From: Candidatus Micrarchaeota archaeon
GTDB lineage: Archaea > Micrarchaeota > Micrarchaeia > Anstonellales > Bilamarchaeaceae
DNA: 64,000 bases
Reading direction: 5' to 3'
Assembly: GCA_014730115.1 (NCBI GenBank)
Contig: WJIU01000037.1
Location: 422-64,421 of the forward strand
Shown: one piece after another, positions 45,213 to 52,536 of the stretch
Layout of the letters: the number at the start of each line of letters is the position of its first letter
Numbering within the stretch: position 1 is the first letter of the stretch
Program-made: the position numbers and the translations under genes
Notes under the pieces: generated by a model
Seen by the model: the letters and a program-made list of their open reading frames with translations, nothing else
What the model was told of the DNA's origin: nothing
Database searches by the model: none

Positions 45213-45362
45213 ATGACAGAATTCTGCCCTAAATGCGGAAAGGCGGTAAGCCCTGCAGAGCATTTTACCCTGGCCCGGTCCAGACCGATAAGCCAGATTG
45301 AGTGCGAATGCGGCTATACCGGCCTTCCGGTCATTCTTGAAAAGGATGAAGATTCGTCTTAA
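45213..45362 (+). CDS. 49-aa zinc-ribbon protein (missed by the ORF track), paralog of 49002..49151
   Basis: MTEFCPKCGKAVSPAEHFTLARSRPISQIECECGYTGLPVILEKDEDSS. Differences from the paralog are largely synonymous in the RPISQIEC..CGY.GLP block. Confidence 0.7.
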   Translation: MTEFCPKCGKAVSPAEHFTLARSRPISQIECECGYTGLPVILEKDEDSS

Positions 45363-45383
45363 AACGAAGGCATTGCAAATAGG

Positions 45384-45392
45384 TTTATAATT
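45384..45392 (+). promoter_or_regulatory. TATA-box candidate for gdhA
   Basis: ATAGGTTTATAATTAC lies about 45 nt before the ATG. GGTGA sits 6 nt before the ATG. Confidence 0.45.
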
Positions 45393-45433
45393 ACTTCAGG
45401 GGACAGAAAGTCAAAATAATTTCTGGTGAAAAC

Positions 45434-46657
45434 ATGGTTTTTGAGAATGCACAGAAACAGTTAGAGAAAGCCAAAAAACATATAGAGCTTGCACAGGAGA
45501 CTGAGGAGACGCTTAAGAACCCCAAGGAGGCATTCATCTTTTCCATTCCTGTGAGGATGGATGACGGTTCCCTGAAGGTTTTCATGGGCCACAGGGTGAG
45601 GTTCAATGATGCAAGAGGGCCCACCAAGGGAGGAATCAGGTATCACCCCAGGGTAAATATCGATGAAGTCAAGGCACTGGCATTCTGGATGGCAATCAAG
45701 TGCGCGGTAATCAACATACCCTACGGCGGGGGAAAGGGTGGCATAACCGTCGACCCCAGGCAGCTCTCAAAAACAGAGCTGGAAAGGCTTTCCAGGGGAT
45801 GGATGAGGGCGGCATGCAGGATTGTGGGCCCTGACCGGGACATCCCTGCCCCGGATGTATACACCAACGCCCAGGTCATGGCCTGGATGATGGACGAGTA
45901 TTCGGTGCTTGCAGGCAAGTATTCACCTGCAGTCATTACCGGAAAGCCGCTCTCACTTGGAGGCTCTCTGGGAAGGTCCTATGCAACCGCCCAGGGCGGC
46001 TACTACTGCACAAGGGAAGCCGCCAAAAAGAACGAATATGGCAAGACAGTGGCAATACAGGGATTCGGAAATGCCGGCTCCCACATGGCCAGGCTGCTCT
46101 CTGCTGACGGATATAAAGTTATTGCAGTTTCAGACTCCAAGGGAGGGGCCTACCTTGAGGAAGGGTTTGACTTTGACAAGCTTATGGAAGTGAAAGGCAG
46201 GGAAAAGAGAGTGGATGCCTTCCCTGGAGTGAAGAAGCTTGACCACAAAGAGATTCTTGAGCTTGACTGCGACATACTGGTGCTTGCGGCACTGGAGAAC
46301 CAGGTAACAGAGGAGAATGCCGAGAGGATAAAGGCAAAGATGATTGTGGAGCTGGCAAACGGCCCCACCACTCCTGAAGCCGACGACATCCTCCACAAGA
46401 AGGGCGTTTTCATTATCCCGGACATTCTGGCGAATGCGGGCGGGGTGTGCGTATCCTACTTTGAGTGGGTCCAGAACAAATACGGATTCTACTGGAAGGA
46501 GGATGAGGTCAATGCCAGGCTTGAGGAGAAAATGGTAAAGGAGTTTGAGACTACCTTCAGCATCCACAGGGAAAAGGAAATTGACATGAGGACTGCGGCC
46601 TATGTCCTTGCCCTGGGGAGAATCGATGAAGCAACCAAAGACAAGGCCCTTTATTGA
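45434..46657 (+). CDS. gdhA: glutamate dehydrogenase
   Basis: GPTKGGIRYHP, IPYGGGKGGI and GFGNAGSH (Rossmann). Confidence 0.95.
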   Translation: MVFENAQKQLEKAKKHIELAQETEETLKNPKEAFIFSIPVRMDDGSLKVFMGHRVRFNDARGPTKGGIRYHPRVNIDEVKALAFWMAIKCAVINIPYGGGKGGITVDPRQLSKTELERLSRGWMRAACRIVGPDRDIPAPDVYTNAQVMAWMMDEYSVLAGKYSPAVITGKPLSLGGSLGRSYATAQGGYYCTREAAKKNEYGKTVAIQGFGNAGSHMARLLSADGYKVIAVSDSKGGAYLEEGFDFDKLMEVKGREKRVDAFPGVKKLDHKEILELDCDILVLAALENQVTEENAERIKAKMIVELANGPTTPEADDILHKKGVFIIPDILANAGGVCVSYFEWVQNKYGFYWKEDEVNARLEEKMVKEFETTFSIHREKEIDMRTAAYVLALGRIDEATKDKALY

Positions 46658-46691
46658 TGCTTCCGCTTCTTTTTGGCGTGAAAGGGCAAGC

Positions 46692-46701
46692 CTTTATTAA
46701 T
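46692..46701 (+). promoter_or_regulatory. TATA-box candidate for csp copy 2
   Basis: CCTTTATTAATC lies about 45 nt before the ATG. GGTGA sits 7 nt before the ATG. Confidence 0.4.
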
Positions 46702-46743
46702 CTTTTACCTCAGATACCTGTAACAAGAAATTGGTGAATTTAA

Positions 46744-46938
46744 ATGGCAGAAGGTACAGTAAAATTTTTTGACGAAATGAAGAACTTCGGCTTTATTGCC
46801 GGCGACGATGGTAAGGAATACTTTGTGCACATGAGCGGCCTTGTGGAGGGAACAACAATCCGCGAGGGAGACAAGGTAAAGTTCACAGTTGTGCAGGGCG
46901 ACAAGGGCCCCAAAGCAGAGCAAGTAGAAAAAATCTGA
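46744..46938 (+). CDS. csp: cold-shock protein (CspA family), copy 2
   Basis: MAEGTVKFFDEMKNFGFIAGDDGKEYFVHMSG. 49 of 64 residues are identical to copy 1 by manual alignment. Confidence 0.95.
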   Translation: MAEGTVKFFDEMKNFGFIAGDDGKEYFVHMSGLVEGTTIREGDKVKFTVVQGDKGPKAEQVEKI

Positions 46939-46956
46939 TTTTTTCTTTCGCTTTTG
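46939..46956 (+). terminator. oligo-T terminator candidate
   Basis: TTTTTTCTTTCGCTTTTG immediately follows the csp stop. Confidence 0.45.
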
Positions 46957-47037
46957 TGCAGCTACAAGGGCCAGCCGAAGGCAGGCCTTTGCAGGTAATC
47001 CTTAATATATCTTCTTTTTCCATGAGTAAATGAAATC

Positions 47038-47541
47038 ATGAAGGACCTGAAAACATCATTTAAGGTAGGGCTGAGTTTTGGCATGACCTCGGCTATCCTT
47101 ACTACCGTTGGCCTTATGGTGGGGCTCTATTCATCCACCCGCTCAGAGCTGGCAGTGCTTGGCGGGATACTTACTGTGGCTGCTGCAGATTCCCTGTCTG
47201 ATGCGCTGGCAATCCATATCTCAGAAGAATCAGAGAAAAGGCACAGTGAAAGGCACGTCTGGGAAGCGATGCTCACCACGCTTCTTACCAAGGCCCTTTT
47301 TGCCCTGTCATTTGCAGTGCCTGTTCTGTTTCTCACACTGGATGAAGCGATAGTTGCAGGGGTGGCCTGGGGGCTGCTCCTGATTACGGCATTCAGCTAC
47401 TACCTTGCCAGATATGAGAAGGCCAGGCCATGGAAGGTCATCGGAGAGCACCTTTTGATTGCCGTGTTTATAATCATAGCAACATATTTCATTGGCGAAT
47501 GGATTGCGATGAATTTAGGGGGAGTTTCACTCCTGCTGTGA
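47038..47541 (+). CDS. VIT1/CCC1-family membrane domain protein (Fe/Mn transporter-like)
   Basis: GLSFGMTSAILTTVGLMVGL...AAADSLSDALAIHISEESE and four to five TM helices. Lacks the N-terminal ferritin-like domain. Confidence 0.5.
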   Translation: MKDLKTSFKVGLSFGMTSAILTTVGLMVGLYSSTRSELAVLGGILTVAAADSLSDALAIHISEESEKRHSERHVWEAMLTTLLTKALFALSFAVPVLFLTLDEAIVAGVAWGLLLITAFSYYLARYEKARPWKVIGEHLLIAVFIIIATYFIGEWIAMNLGGVSLLL

Positions 47542-47559
47542 TGCCCGGAGGCCACGACG

Positions 47560-47900
47560 ATGAGAGATAAAGTCCGGAGATACCCGGATTTTGCATTCCT
47601 TGCCCTGGGCATATTCTTTATCCTGTCCCTTTTCATTGTCTGTGGTCGAAACCAAAGAGAATGCCCTTGCGCATACCTATCCACAACGGAAAGACTGAAG
47701 AAATCCCATACCGGAACATCAGCACGGTAATGGTTGTCCCCTCGCCAACAATGGTCCTAAGGAAATATTGGCTCCTCAATTTCTTCCATGGAAGAGGAAG
47801 GCACAAGAGCCTTAAGTTCAGGTCCCTGGATGATATCGATGAGAAGAAGGTCGTGAGGCTATTGAAGTCGGTCAAGAGGAAGACCAGGTGTCAATCCTAA
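47560..47900 (+). pseudogene. possible frameshifted membrane-anchored bPH-like protein (two overlapping ORFs, 47560..47730 and 47661..47900)
   Basis: ORF1 is MRDKVRRYPDFAFLALGIFFILSLFIVCG... (TM helix). ORF2 is ...EEIPYRNISTVMVVPSPTMVLRKYWLLNFFHGRGRHKSLKFRSL, which resembles bacterial PH (YdbS-like) domains. The two frames differ by one nucleotide. Confidence 0.3.
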
Positions 47901-47931
47901 TTCAATCCATTTTTTAATCTCTGGGAAAGTA

Positions 47932-48135
47932 ATGATACTAGCCGGGGATTCCGCATCGTCTGGCTATCGAGGAATGAATGGTATGGGATTGAGCAAGAAG
48001 GACTTGGGAAGAAAGAAGGCAAATATCAAGGCCAGGATCGCGGAGCTCGAGAAAAAGGCGAAGATGGATCCGCTGAAGAGGAATAAGGCAGTGCATGACG
48101 AGCTGGAACAGCTGAAGAAGAAGCTGGCCGGATGA
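47932..48135 (+). CDS. small coiled-coil protein (50-67 aa)
   Basis: KKDLGRKKANIKARIAELEKKAKMDPLKRNKAVHDELEQLKKKLAG. Several possible ATG starts. Confidence 0.35.
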   Translation: MILAGDSASSGYRGMNGMGLSKKDLGRKKANIKARIAELEKKAKMDPLKRNKAVHDELEQLKKKLAG

Positions 48136-48230
48136 ATTTGTTTTATGGGATTATTCCGAGATATCAGGGGGCGCATTTTCCAGCATTCTACTACAATACA
48201 CATATATATAAGCTCTGCTATAATATATAA

Positions 48231-48767
48231 ATGAAAAAACTCTATCCGACTTTTGCAGAATCATCCAGTCACTGTGGATTGACACAGAGTAAGCACCAAT
48301 TGACCGGCAGTGAAGCGGACGCGCTCCGTAATTTGGTGCTTGAACGGGACCGACATAAATGCTCCTATTGCGATTTCCATGGAGAGGAATGGCAGGGCAT
48401 AGGATATATTGACGGTGATTCAAGCAATAATAAATTAAGCAACCTGACTACCGTATGCCCGATGTGCAATCTCATACTTAATTCATGTTTGGGATGCCAG
48501 ATCGAAGGCATCGTGGAGCTTTATGGGAGCGCAGAGTACAATCAGAACAAGATAGTCCAGATAACCAGGAAAATGAGGAGCGGCGGGAAGAGCGATAGCA
48601 GCATAATCCGGGCCCTGGGCCTGAAAGGCAAAGTGCCCTTCAGGAGGAACAGAAAGTACCTCAGCGTTCTTTTTGCTTTTGTGACCTCGTGGAAGGGCTC
48701 ACGTGGCACTGTTGAAGAAGCTCTGGAGTATGGATACAGGAGACAGGCCGGTTCGCCAATGCAATAA
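48231..48767 (+). CDS. HNH (His-Me finger)-like protein lacking the canonical first His
   Basis: LRNLVLERDRHKCSYCDF...IGYIDGDSSNNKLSNLTTVCPMCNLIL follows the CxxC...(D)H...N...CxxC layout, but DGD stands where DH is expected. TATATATAAGC...TATAATATATAA lies upstream. Confidence 0.5.
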   Translation: MKKLYPTFAESSSHCGLTQSKHQLTGSEADALRNLVLERDRHKCSYCDFHGEEWQGIGYIDGDSSNNKLSNLTTVCPMCNLILNSCLGCQIEGIVELYGSAEYNQNKIVQITRKMRSGGKSDSSIIRALGLKGKVPFRRNRKYLSVLFAFVTSWKGSRGTVEEALEYGYRRQAGSPMQ

Positions 48768-48940
48768 ACTGATAGTTTTATTTTAGGGTTTTTGTAATAT
48801 CAAAACATTGAAATCTGCCCGAAATGCGGTTCCGATAAAGTTTTTCCGACCATAATCGGGAAAGTGGAGCCCATCGCCACCTGCGATCACAATGTCACCC
48901 ATGGATGCAGGAAGTGCGCCCACACTTGGTAAAAAATAGT

Positions 48941-48957
48941 TTTAGAAATAACTAAAA
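48941..48957 (+). repeat. boundary motif copy (TTTAGAAATAACTAAAA)
   Basis: Variant of GAAAT(A/T)CTAAAAG, 9 nt after the TAA at 48930-48932. Confidence 0.5.
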
Positions 48958-49001
48958 TGTAGAATCAATCCATTTTTATTCTCAGGATGAGTAATAATGC
49001 C

Positions 49002-49151
49002 ATGGAAGTCTGCCCGAAATGCAGGAAACCTGTTGAAGCCAAGGAGCACATGACATTGGCCGGCTCCAGGCCAATCAGCCAGATAGAGTGCAGCTGCGGG
49101 TATTACGGGCTGCCCTTGAAGCTTGAAAAGGATGATTCTAAAAGAGATTGA
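49002..49151 (+). CDS. 49-aa zinc-ribbon protein (missed by the ORF track), paralog of 45213..45362
   Basis: MEVCPKCRKPVEAKEHMTLAGSRPISQIECSCGYYGLPLKLEKDDSKRD. 31 of 46 aligned residues are identical to the 45213 product. Confidence 0.7.
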   Translation: MEVCPKCRKPVEAKEHMTLAGSRPISQIECSCGYYGLPLKLEKDDSKRD

Positions 49152-49180
49152 GAAACCTTGAATAAAAGTTCGAGATTCAC

Positions 49181-49219
49181 GAAATCTAAAAGATTTCATG
49201 AAATACTAAAAGAATATTG
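49181..49219 (+). repeat. two adjacent boundary motif copies (GAAATCTAAAAGATTTC hairpin, then GAAATACTAAAAGAATATTG)
   Basis: GAAATCT/AGATTTC is an inverted repeat. The 20-mer at 49200-49219 recurs exactly at 49829-49848. Confidence 0.7.
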
Positions 49220-49287
49220 AAAATGACTATAGCCGCTGCGGAAATGGACTCCGAATAGGTATATAAACAAAATATCCCATTATACAT

Positions 49288-49812
49288 ATGATGGTTTTGA
49301 AAGGCATCCTTCACGTAGAAGGGAATGTTCAAGGTGTCGGTTACAGGGCTTTTGTCAAGAAAGTAGCAGTGGCACTGGGCATCAAAGGCATCGTCCGGAA
49401 TCTGCCGGATGGCAAGGTCGAGATTAGTTTCGAAGCTACTGACAAATCGGCCTATGAGGCATTCTATAAGAGGATAAACAGAATCCGAAGGCATGACTGG
49501 GACGAATTCTCAATCAATGTCTTAAACATCACACCCATTGAAATCAGAGAAGTCGAAGAAACTGAATTTGGAGGGCTTTTTGATATTGACTATGGGGCTG
49601 AACTCGATCGATTCCAGAAAGAGACCCTTGAACGGCAGGAGATTGGGATTCTTGTTTTATCGGATTTCAATCAGAGGACTCAGGAGAATTTCTCGGTGAT
49701 GGAAAATAAATACGGTGCTATCTCCAAATCTCTGGAAGAGCTCAAGACTGGATTGTTGAAAGAATTGGCGGAAGGCGTGAAGATTCTTGCTGAGCGTCCC
49801 AAAAAAGACTAA
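49288..49812 (+). CDS. acylphosphatase-domain protein with a C-terminal helical extension
   Basis: LHVEGNVQGVGYRAFVKKVAVALGIKGIVRNLPDGKVEISFEA matches the acylphosphatase V-x-G-x-VQGVGFR signature region. Confidence 0.7.
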   Translation: MMVLKGILHVEGNVQGVGYRAFVKKVAVALGIKGIVRNLPDGKVEISFEATDKSAYEAFYKRINRIRRHDWDEFSINVLNITPIEIREVEETEFGGLFDIDYGAELDRFQKETLERQEIGILVLSDFNQRTQENFSVMENKYGAISKSLEELKTGLLKELAEGVKILAERPKKD

Positions 49813-49828
49813 TTCTAATGCAGTTTTG

Positions 49829-49848
49829 GAAATACTAAAAGAATATTG
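49829..49848 (+). repeat. second copy of the perfect 20-bp direct repeat GAAATACTAAAAGAATATTG
   Basis: Identical to 49200-49219. Lies 17 nt after the stop at 49812 and 10 nt before the ATG at 49859. Confidence 0.8.
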
Positions 49849-49858
49849 GAATAGTGTG

Positions 49859-50374
49859 ATGATGAAGAAGGTTTCCTGGCTTGCTGTGTTGCTTGTGTGG
49901 ATCTTTACGATGGCCACCACAGCTCTCATTTTTTACTTCTATGTCCTGATGCTGCCAGACTTTACTTCGGCACCCCTTATCAAGGCATTCTTCGAAGGTC
50001 CTCAGATATATCTGCTCTTCATCTTGTTGGTCCCTGCATTGAGGAGGTTGCTGTATTTATCGGAATATCCCCGCTTCGTCAGAGATAATATCAAACAGCT
50101 CATAGAGAAACCACAGGCCCTGGATTCGGAGTTCCAAAGGTTGTTCATAAGGTTTGATTTCAAGGAGGCGATCCTGCTTCCCATCATTCCGGCCATGATG
50201 CAGGTGGTGATGTCCGGCAGCTCAATCTTCGCCTTTGGGTTCCCATGGATCTTCTACCTGATGGGTGAGGTCTTCATTCTGGGTACCTTTATTGTTATCC
50301 TCAAAATGTTCGGTCAGGTTTCCGTTCCTTTGACCCTTTTCAAATTACACCTAATAAGTAAACCAAAATCCTGA
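49859..50374 (+). CDS. polytopic membrane protein, hypothetical
   Basis: MMKKVSWLAVLLVWIFTMATTALIFYFYVLML and three further hydrophobic helices. The track start at 49787 reads through the repeat. Confidence 0.6.
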   Translation: MMKKVSWLAVLLVWIFTMATTALIFYFYVLMLPDFTSAPLIKAFFEGPQIYLLFILLVPALRRLLYLSEYPRFVRDNIKQLIEKPQALDSEFQRLFIRFDFKEAILLPIIPAMMQVVMSGSSIFAFGFPWIFYLMGEVFILGTFIVILKMFGQVSVPLTLFKLHLISKPKS

Positions 50375-50860
50375 CCACACCACATCAGTAAACTGGAAAC
50401 AGCCCAAAACATGCCAATTCCAATCTTTTGGCCTGTTTTGCCCGTGAAAGCCCTATTGCGCAATCACACTTTGGCAATCCATATCATAAAAGTAAACCAT
50501 GGGCAGAAATAAGCGCCAGGCCAACTTTTACTGGTTTACTGTCATGGTTTTGAAATGTTTTCCTGGTTTACTTCTGTGCTGTTTTTATTGTTTTTGAAAA
50601 GATTAGTACAAACATGGCAGCCCATCCGTTTAGATGGGCATACCAGTGGTTTGTATTTTGGGGAAGCGGGATTATAATATATTACTCATATGATATTTAT
50701 AAAGCTATCTTTTCATACCAATTTTTATCACAATTGAAAAAACAGCATTTTATTGCAAAAAGGTTACCCTCCAGCAATGAAAAAGGCCGAAAAATGCCGA
50801 GTTGGGCAATTTTACCGACGTAAACTGGCTTTGGCAATTCTGAGATTTCTAAAAACCAGT
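50357..50860. repeat. non-coding repeat cluster: GTAAAC(C/T)(A/G)G in both orientations, TTGGCAAT(C/T)C twice, and an AT-rich core
   Basis: Forward copies: AGTAAACC 50357, AGTAAACTGG 50387, AGTAAACCATGG 50491, GTAAACTGG 50820, AAACCAGT 50853. Reverse copies: CTGGTTTACT 50531 and 50563, CCAGTGGTTTGT 50643. TTGGCAATCC 50471 and TTGGCAATTC 50831. The AT-rich stretch spans about 50651-50760. Confidence 0.7.
50844..50855 (+). repeat. boundary motif variant (GATTTCTAAAAA)
   Basis: A weaker copy, in the same orientation as the others. Confidence 0.3.
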
Positions 50861-50913
50861 GTTCAAAGGAGACAAAAATTGATTAAAAAACATTTTCAGA
50901 CAAATCAGCAATC

Positions 50914-51477
50914 ATGTTTCTGATTAATCCGGTACCAAAAAGCAGAATCTGGAAGCCACCAAAAGGAAAAGCAACCGCAAGGAAAAAGTTTTCCATTACA
51001 AAAACCCAGCTGGAGCTGATGGGCGACAAAAATCTTTGGGGCGTGCTCGAAAAAGTAACCGCTGGCAAAAAAGGGGTAAGCCTCCACTACCAGAACGATA
51101 CCGTGCTTGCAGTGAACTTCCGCAGTCCGGAGGAGCACTTTGTCATGGTGAACAGCACTACTGGGGGCAGGGCCAGTTCGTGCATTATCTGCTGGGATAT
51201 GCAGCAATTTGAGGAAGCCGGCAACGACAATACAACCTTTTTAGACCTCAGGGAAAAGCCTGCATTCCAGGTGGAATTCACAATCCCTGCCAGTATCAAC
51301 GGCATACAGGCACGTGTTTTACGGGAAGGGGAACCTGCCTTTCTCATGTTTTCCACTGAGAGACTGGGGCAGGAAAAAGACTTTTACGAAGTGTATATCG
51401 TATATGATGACGCCCCACTGGGGGTCTCAGTATTCAAAAATGGGCAGCGGAACGACTATAGTATTAAAAGCCAGTAA
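50914..51477 (+). CDS. hypothetical protein (187 aa)
   Basis: ATG ORF with reasonable codon usage. No motif recognised. Confidence 0.5.
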   Translation: MFLINPVPKSRIWKPPKGKATARKKFSITKTQLELMGDKNLWGVLEKVTAGKKGVSLHYQNDTVLAVNFRSPEEHFVMVNSTTGGRASSCIICWDMQQFEEAGNDNTTFLDLREKPAFQVEFTIPASINGIQARVLREGEPAFLMFSTERLGQEKDFYEVYIVYDDAPLGVSVFKNGQRNDYSIKSQ

Positions 51478-51491
51478 GCTGATTTCAAGCC

Positions 51492-51968
51492 ATGAAAATC
51501 CGGAAGGCCAGGGAAAGGGACCTTGACCGGCTGTGCGAGCTGGGTTATAAACTGCTGAAACACCACATGAAGTTCCGGAAATACTACACACCTGTTTCAG
51601 AAGGCAAGAAAAGAACCAGGATGCAGAAAAAATACTATAAAGAGCATATCAAAAAAAGAAGCTGCCTTTTCCTGGTGCTTGAACAGGACGATAATGCTGT
51701 GGGGTACTCAATTGCAAAAATTGAGAAGAGCCCCCCTGTGCTAAATGAAAAGGAATACGGGAACTTTGCCGAGATTTACGTCGACAGGGGATACAGGAAT
51801 AAAGGCTGGGGAAGAAAGCTCCTTGAAAAGAGCCTGGGCTGGTTCAGAAGGAGAGGCGTCAAAAGGTCTACAGTAAAATATGATGCGAAAAACCCGGAGG
51901 GGGAAAGATTCTACAGGACCGCAGGGTTCAGGCCGTTTCAGAATGAATATGAAGTGTATCTAAAATAG
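51492..51968 (+). CDS. GNAT-family N-acetyltransferase
   Basis: FAEIYVDRGYRNKGWGRKLLEKSLGWFRRRGV (acetyl-CoA-binding R/Q-x-x-G-x-G/A motif). Confidence 0.8.
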   Translation: MKIRKARERDLDRLCELGYKLLKHHMKFRKYYTPVSEGKKRTRMQKKYYKEHIKKRSCLFLVLEQDDNAVGYSIAKIEKSPPVLNEKEYGNFAEIYVDRGYRNKGWGRKLLEKSLGWFRRRGVKRSTVKYDAKNPEGERFYRTAGFRPFQNEYEVYLK

Positions 51969-51970
51969 TA

Positions 51971-51990
51971 TTAGAAATTCTAAATAATTA
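51971..51990 (+). repeat. boundary motif copy with palindromic core TTAGAAaTTCTAA
   Basis: TTAGAAATTCTAAATAATTA starts 3 nt after the GNAT stop codon. Confidence 0.6.
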
Positions 51991-52029
51991 TTAGATGGTG
52001 GGGCTGGTGATACAAAGGAACCTCCTTGC

Positions 52030-52040
52030 GAGAAATTCTC
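52030..52040 (+). repeat. related palindrome GAGAAaTTCTC
   Basis: Shares the AGAAATTCT core. Lies in the convergent intergenic gap 51969-52104. Confidence 0.5.
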
Positions 52041-52104
52041 TCCCACGCCCACCAGAGAATGTTTAAGGGCAACCCAAATATAAATTTTTGTATCAGAGGA
52101 ACTG

Positions 52105-52464
52105 TCATCGGGGCTTCATTTCAGGAACAAACATCCCGGCCTTCACGAATTCAACCTTTCCCAGGCCCGCATTCTCAGCGGCTTGGAACATATTCAGGAG
52201 TTTCGGGCTGTCCCTTACCGGGTCGCTGCCGGGCAGCGGGCTGCCCTTCATAAACCTGGAACAAAAGCCATAGAGCTCCTTCTCAGAAGAGCCCTGCGAC
52301 AGCCTGAAATAATAGCGGTCCCTGCTGAGTGTGCTGTAAGAAGACCCTGCGGGAAACCCCCTCTGCAGGATAACGCTGAGCCTTCTTTCCCCGTTTTCAG
52401 GGAATTCCCTGGCGGGAAACTTTTTTGCTATGCCTCCCCCTGGCCTGTAGTTTTTTCTTAACAT
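52105..52464 (-). CDS. hypothetical protein (119 aa)
   Basis: ATG ORF, GC-richer than its surroundings. TTTAAAAGAATTTTATA box 20-35 nt upstream on the minus strand. Confidence 0.5.
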   Translation of the reverse strand: MLRKNYRPGGGIAKKFPAREFPENGERRLSVILQRGFPAGSSYSTLSRDRYYFRLSQGSSEKELYGFCSRFMKGSPLPGSDPVRDSPKLLNMFQAAENAGLGKVEFVKAGMFVPEMKPR

Positions 52465-52516
52465 GCATTCAGAGTTGGTATAAAATTCTTTTAAATAATT
52501 TGAAAGAAAAAGATTG

Positions 52517-52536
52517 TTAGAAATTCTAAAAGATTA
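52517..52536 (+). repeat. boundary motif copy TTAGAAATTCTAAAAGATTA
   Basis: Its 3' end contains the stop codon (TAA on the minus strand, 52534-52536) of the zinc-ribbon/K-tail gene. Confidence 0.6.

Noticed and set aside
48807-48932. Zinc-ribbon reading frame EICPKCGSDKVF...CRKCAHTW as a CDS feature
   Set aside because: There is no ATG/GTG/TTG in frame after the upstream stop (only ATT). It is reported as an observation, not a gene call.
50614-50823. 69-aa ORF inside the repeat-rich non-coding region
   Set aside because: It is very AT-rich, with an odd aromatic-rich product and no RBS or TATA at a proper distance. It stays slightly open because a weak boundary-motif copy follows its stop by about 20 nt.
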